This document shows, one piece after another, positions 11,601 to 12,066 of a DNA stretch of 12,066 nt (positions are counted from its first letter, which is position 1; each line of letters opens with the position of its first letter). Where the stretch lies: assembly GCF_042660085.1 (NCBI RefSeq), contig NZ_JBHSTI010000012.1:1-12066 (forward strand), in the 5' to 3' direction. The position numbers and the translations under genes are program-made. The notes under the pieces were generated by a model. That model was given only the letters and a program-made list of their open reading frames with translations, did no database searches and had not been told where the DNA came from. The DNA is from Longivirga aurantiaca (GTDB lineage Bacteria; Actinomycetota; Actinomycetes; S36-B12; CAIYMF01).

Positions 11601-11762
11601 GAACGACTCCCGGATGTTGGGAAACGCGACGTTGACGATGGTCGCGTCGAGGAACGCGAGGAACGCCCCGAACGAGGCGACGAGCAGCACCGTGCGCGAG
11701 GAGACGCGTGGGCGCACCCTCGTCTCGGGCAGCGCAGCAGCGCCAGCAGCGGTCACGTGCAC
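8619..11762 (-). CDS. Multidomain protein: MFS (DHA2/EmrB-QacA-like) transporter + cyclic nucleotide-binding domain + patatin-like phospholipase
   Basis: 1047-aa single ORF. MFS part: LDATIVNVAFPNI, SGRLADLLGRKR, GPPIGGALVE. cNMP part: GDPADDVYVVTAGLLDV...GELALLTGGTRSASIRA. Patatin part: AGGGARAFAHLG, GASQGS, DGG. SD-like GGGGAGAGGG before GTG 11762. Confidence 0.93.
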   Translation of the reverse strand: MHVTAAGAAALPETRVRPRVSSRTVLLVASFGAFLAFLDATIVNVAFPNIRESFPDSTISTLSWILNAYSIVFAAFLVVSGRLADLLGRKRAFINGVTIFTFASVLCAVAPSVEVLVAFRVLQALGAAVLVPASLALVVEAFPAEKRAHAIGLWGASAALASGLGPPIGGALVELGNWRLAFLVNLPFGIAAVIAAKRALVESRAPGRRRVPDLLGATISALMLGVLTLGIVKGEDWGWTSPAVIGCFLGSVLLGAAFVVSSKRHRSPLLDPALLRIRPFVVGNLATIVAGVGFYAYLLTNILWLQYVWGYSIVVSGLAVVPGALVAAILASRLGPIAQTRGYRLVIIPGAIVWALAYVWYVARVEVTPDFWGAWLPGQILSGIGVGATLPVLGSAALAAVPGGRFATASAVNSSARQIGAVLGIAILVVIVGTPSPTSTVDSLRHGWVFSAICFVATALIALFIGKVAPHTQDDADDDSVRPPAISVPDPPAPSAAPASALSAAPLLSRLPDDVRGRLEAGAEKLDLAAGTLLFTAGDPADDVYVVTAGLLDVEQDGNVVRQVGAGAVIGELALLTGGTRSASIRARRDSHLLRVSQSTFDEVVGSDPRALRALTGVLASQLQDAAPAPAGRPPQPRLIAVAALHRGAPASAVADAIDGHLSATSLRVARPGQVEPAALERAERENDRVLIVAEDPDAAWWAMAVRQADLLVLVAAHDAPVPVEAPLGRTDVDLVLVGAPVPGERIRAWQEVLAPYRITQTKAPFSVGTRALAGRIAGRSVGIVMAGGGARAFAHLGILLELEDAGIHVDRVVGASQGSIMAAVHARGIDARTAIEMCHEEFVRNNPFDDYTLPTAALVKGRKTEKALRRRLTGIGIEELPILFRCVSTDLQSRTPYVHRTGDLTSAVMASLSIPGMFPPRPDGQRLLADGGVLDNLPVHVLTERDEGPIIAVNIGMGGDARPHVAGTVPAEPKRIRVPAIGETLMRSLFIGSGGAVAHARAAGAIVVTPSSMGVGLLEFHQLDRMVESGRQAGRALLDEAGDLLA
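8643..9425 (-). other. Patatin-like phospholipase domain (approx. aa 780-1040)
   Basis: Gly-rich GGGARAFAHLG, nucleophile GxSxG = GASQG (Ser817, codon 9312-9314), catalytic Asp in DGG (Asp931, codon 8970-8972). Confidence 0.9.
9888..10250 (-). other. Cyclic nucleotide-binding (CRP-like) domain (approx. aa 505-625)
   Basis: Phosphate-binding-cassette-like GELALLTGGTRSAS preceded by LFTAGDPADDVYVVTAGLLDV. Confidence 0.88.
10359..11702 (-). other. MFS transporter domain (approx. aa 21-468)
   Basis: Many hydrophobic segments and MFS DHA2 signature residues; boundaries estimated by eye. Confidence 0.85.
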
Positions 11763-11765
11763 GTG
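11754..11765. repeat. 12-bp perfect palindrome overlapping the start codon of the fusion gene
   Basis: CACGTGCACGTG, self-complementary. Confidence 0.6.
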
Positions 11766-12066
11766 TATCGCCCTCTCCCCGGTTCCCCGGCGGGGAGCAT
11801 GTCACCGTCACCCGTCCGCTACGCCGCGTTTCGGTGAATCGGGGTCTGTGTCGGGCCTCCGGTGACGGACGACGACGAAGTCGTCAGGTGCGGCGTCCGC
11901 GGCGTGTCGGCGTGCGGCGCAGTCATCGGTCGTACGGCGGCCTTCGGCCGCGGTCCCTGCGGTCGTACTCGGTCTCGGGGTGACAGGAGCCGTCCCGCGG
12001 GACCGCGGCGGGCGCCGGCGCCGCTGGGCAGCGGGCGCGGCCTTCGGCCGAGAGGGGCTGGCGCGG

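Noticed and set aside
7690-11811. 1373-aa minus-strand ORF
   Set aside because: Arg/Pro/Ala-rich shadow frame over the MFS-cNMP-patatin gene; no domain-like sequence. Typical of high-GC DNA where stop codons are rare.
9063-11837. 924-aa plus-strand ORF antisense to the fusion gene
   Set aside because: Low-complexity R/G/D/E/H-rich translation with no motifs; antisense shadow of a well-supported gene.
11708-11983. 91-aa plus-strand ORF near the window end
   Set aside because: Overlaps the start of the fusion gene in antisense, is Arg/Ser-rich and shows no motif.

Overview
High-GC actinobacterial chromosomal segment (Micrococcales/Cellulomonas-like style is an inference, no search run). Order: 3' end of dnaX, recR and a DUF5063-like gene; a secreted M15-type peptidase with tandem Ig-like domains, overlapping a small lipoprotein gene; aspartate kinase (with a probable in-frame internal start for a beta subunit) and asd; two small membrane-protein genes on the minus strand; an MBL-fold hydrolase (+) with a leaderless-looking start; and, convergent with it, a 1047-aa minus-strand protein that fuses an MFS (DHA2-like) transporter, a cyclic-nucleotide-binding domain, a Rossmann-like linker and a patatin/NTE-type phospholipase. 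The triple fusion is the most interesting element. From memory its architecture resembles the poorly characterised M. tuberculosis proteins Rv3239c and Rv3728, so it is probably not an undescribed family, but its function is open. I saw no CRISPR array, tRNA/rRNA, transposase or recognisable defence system.
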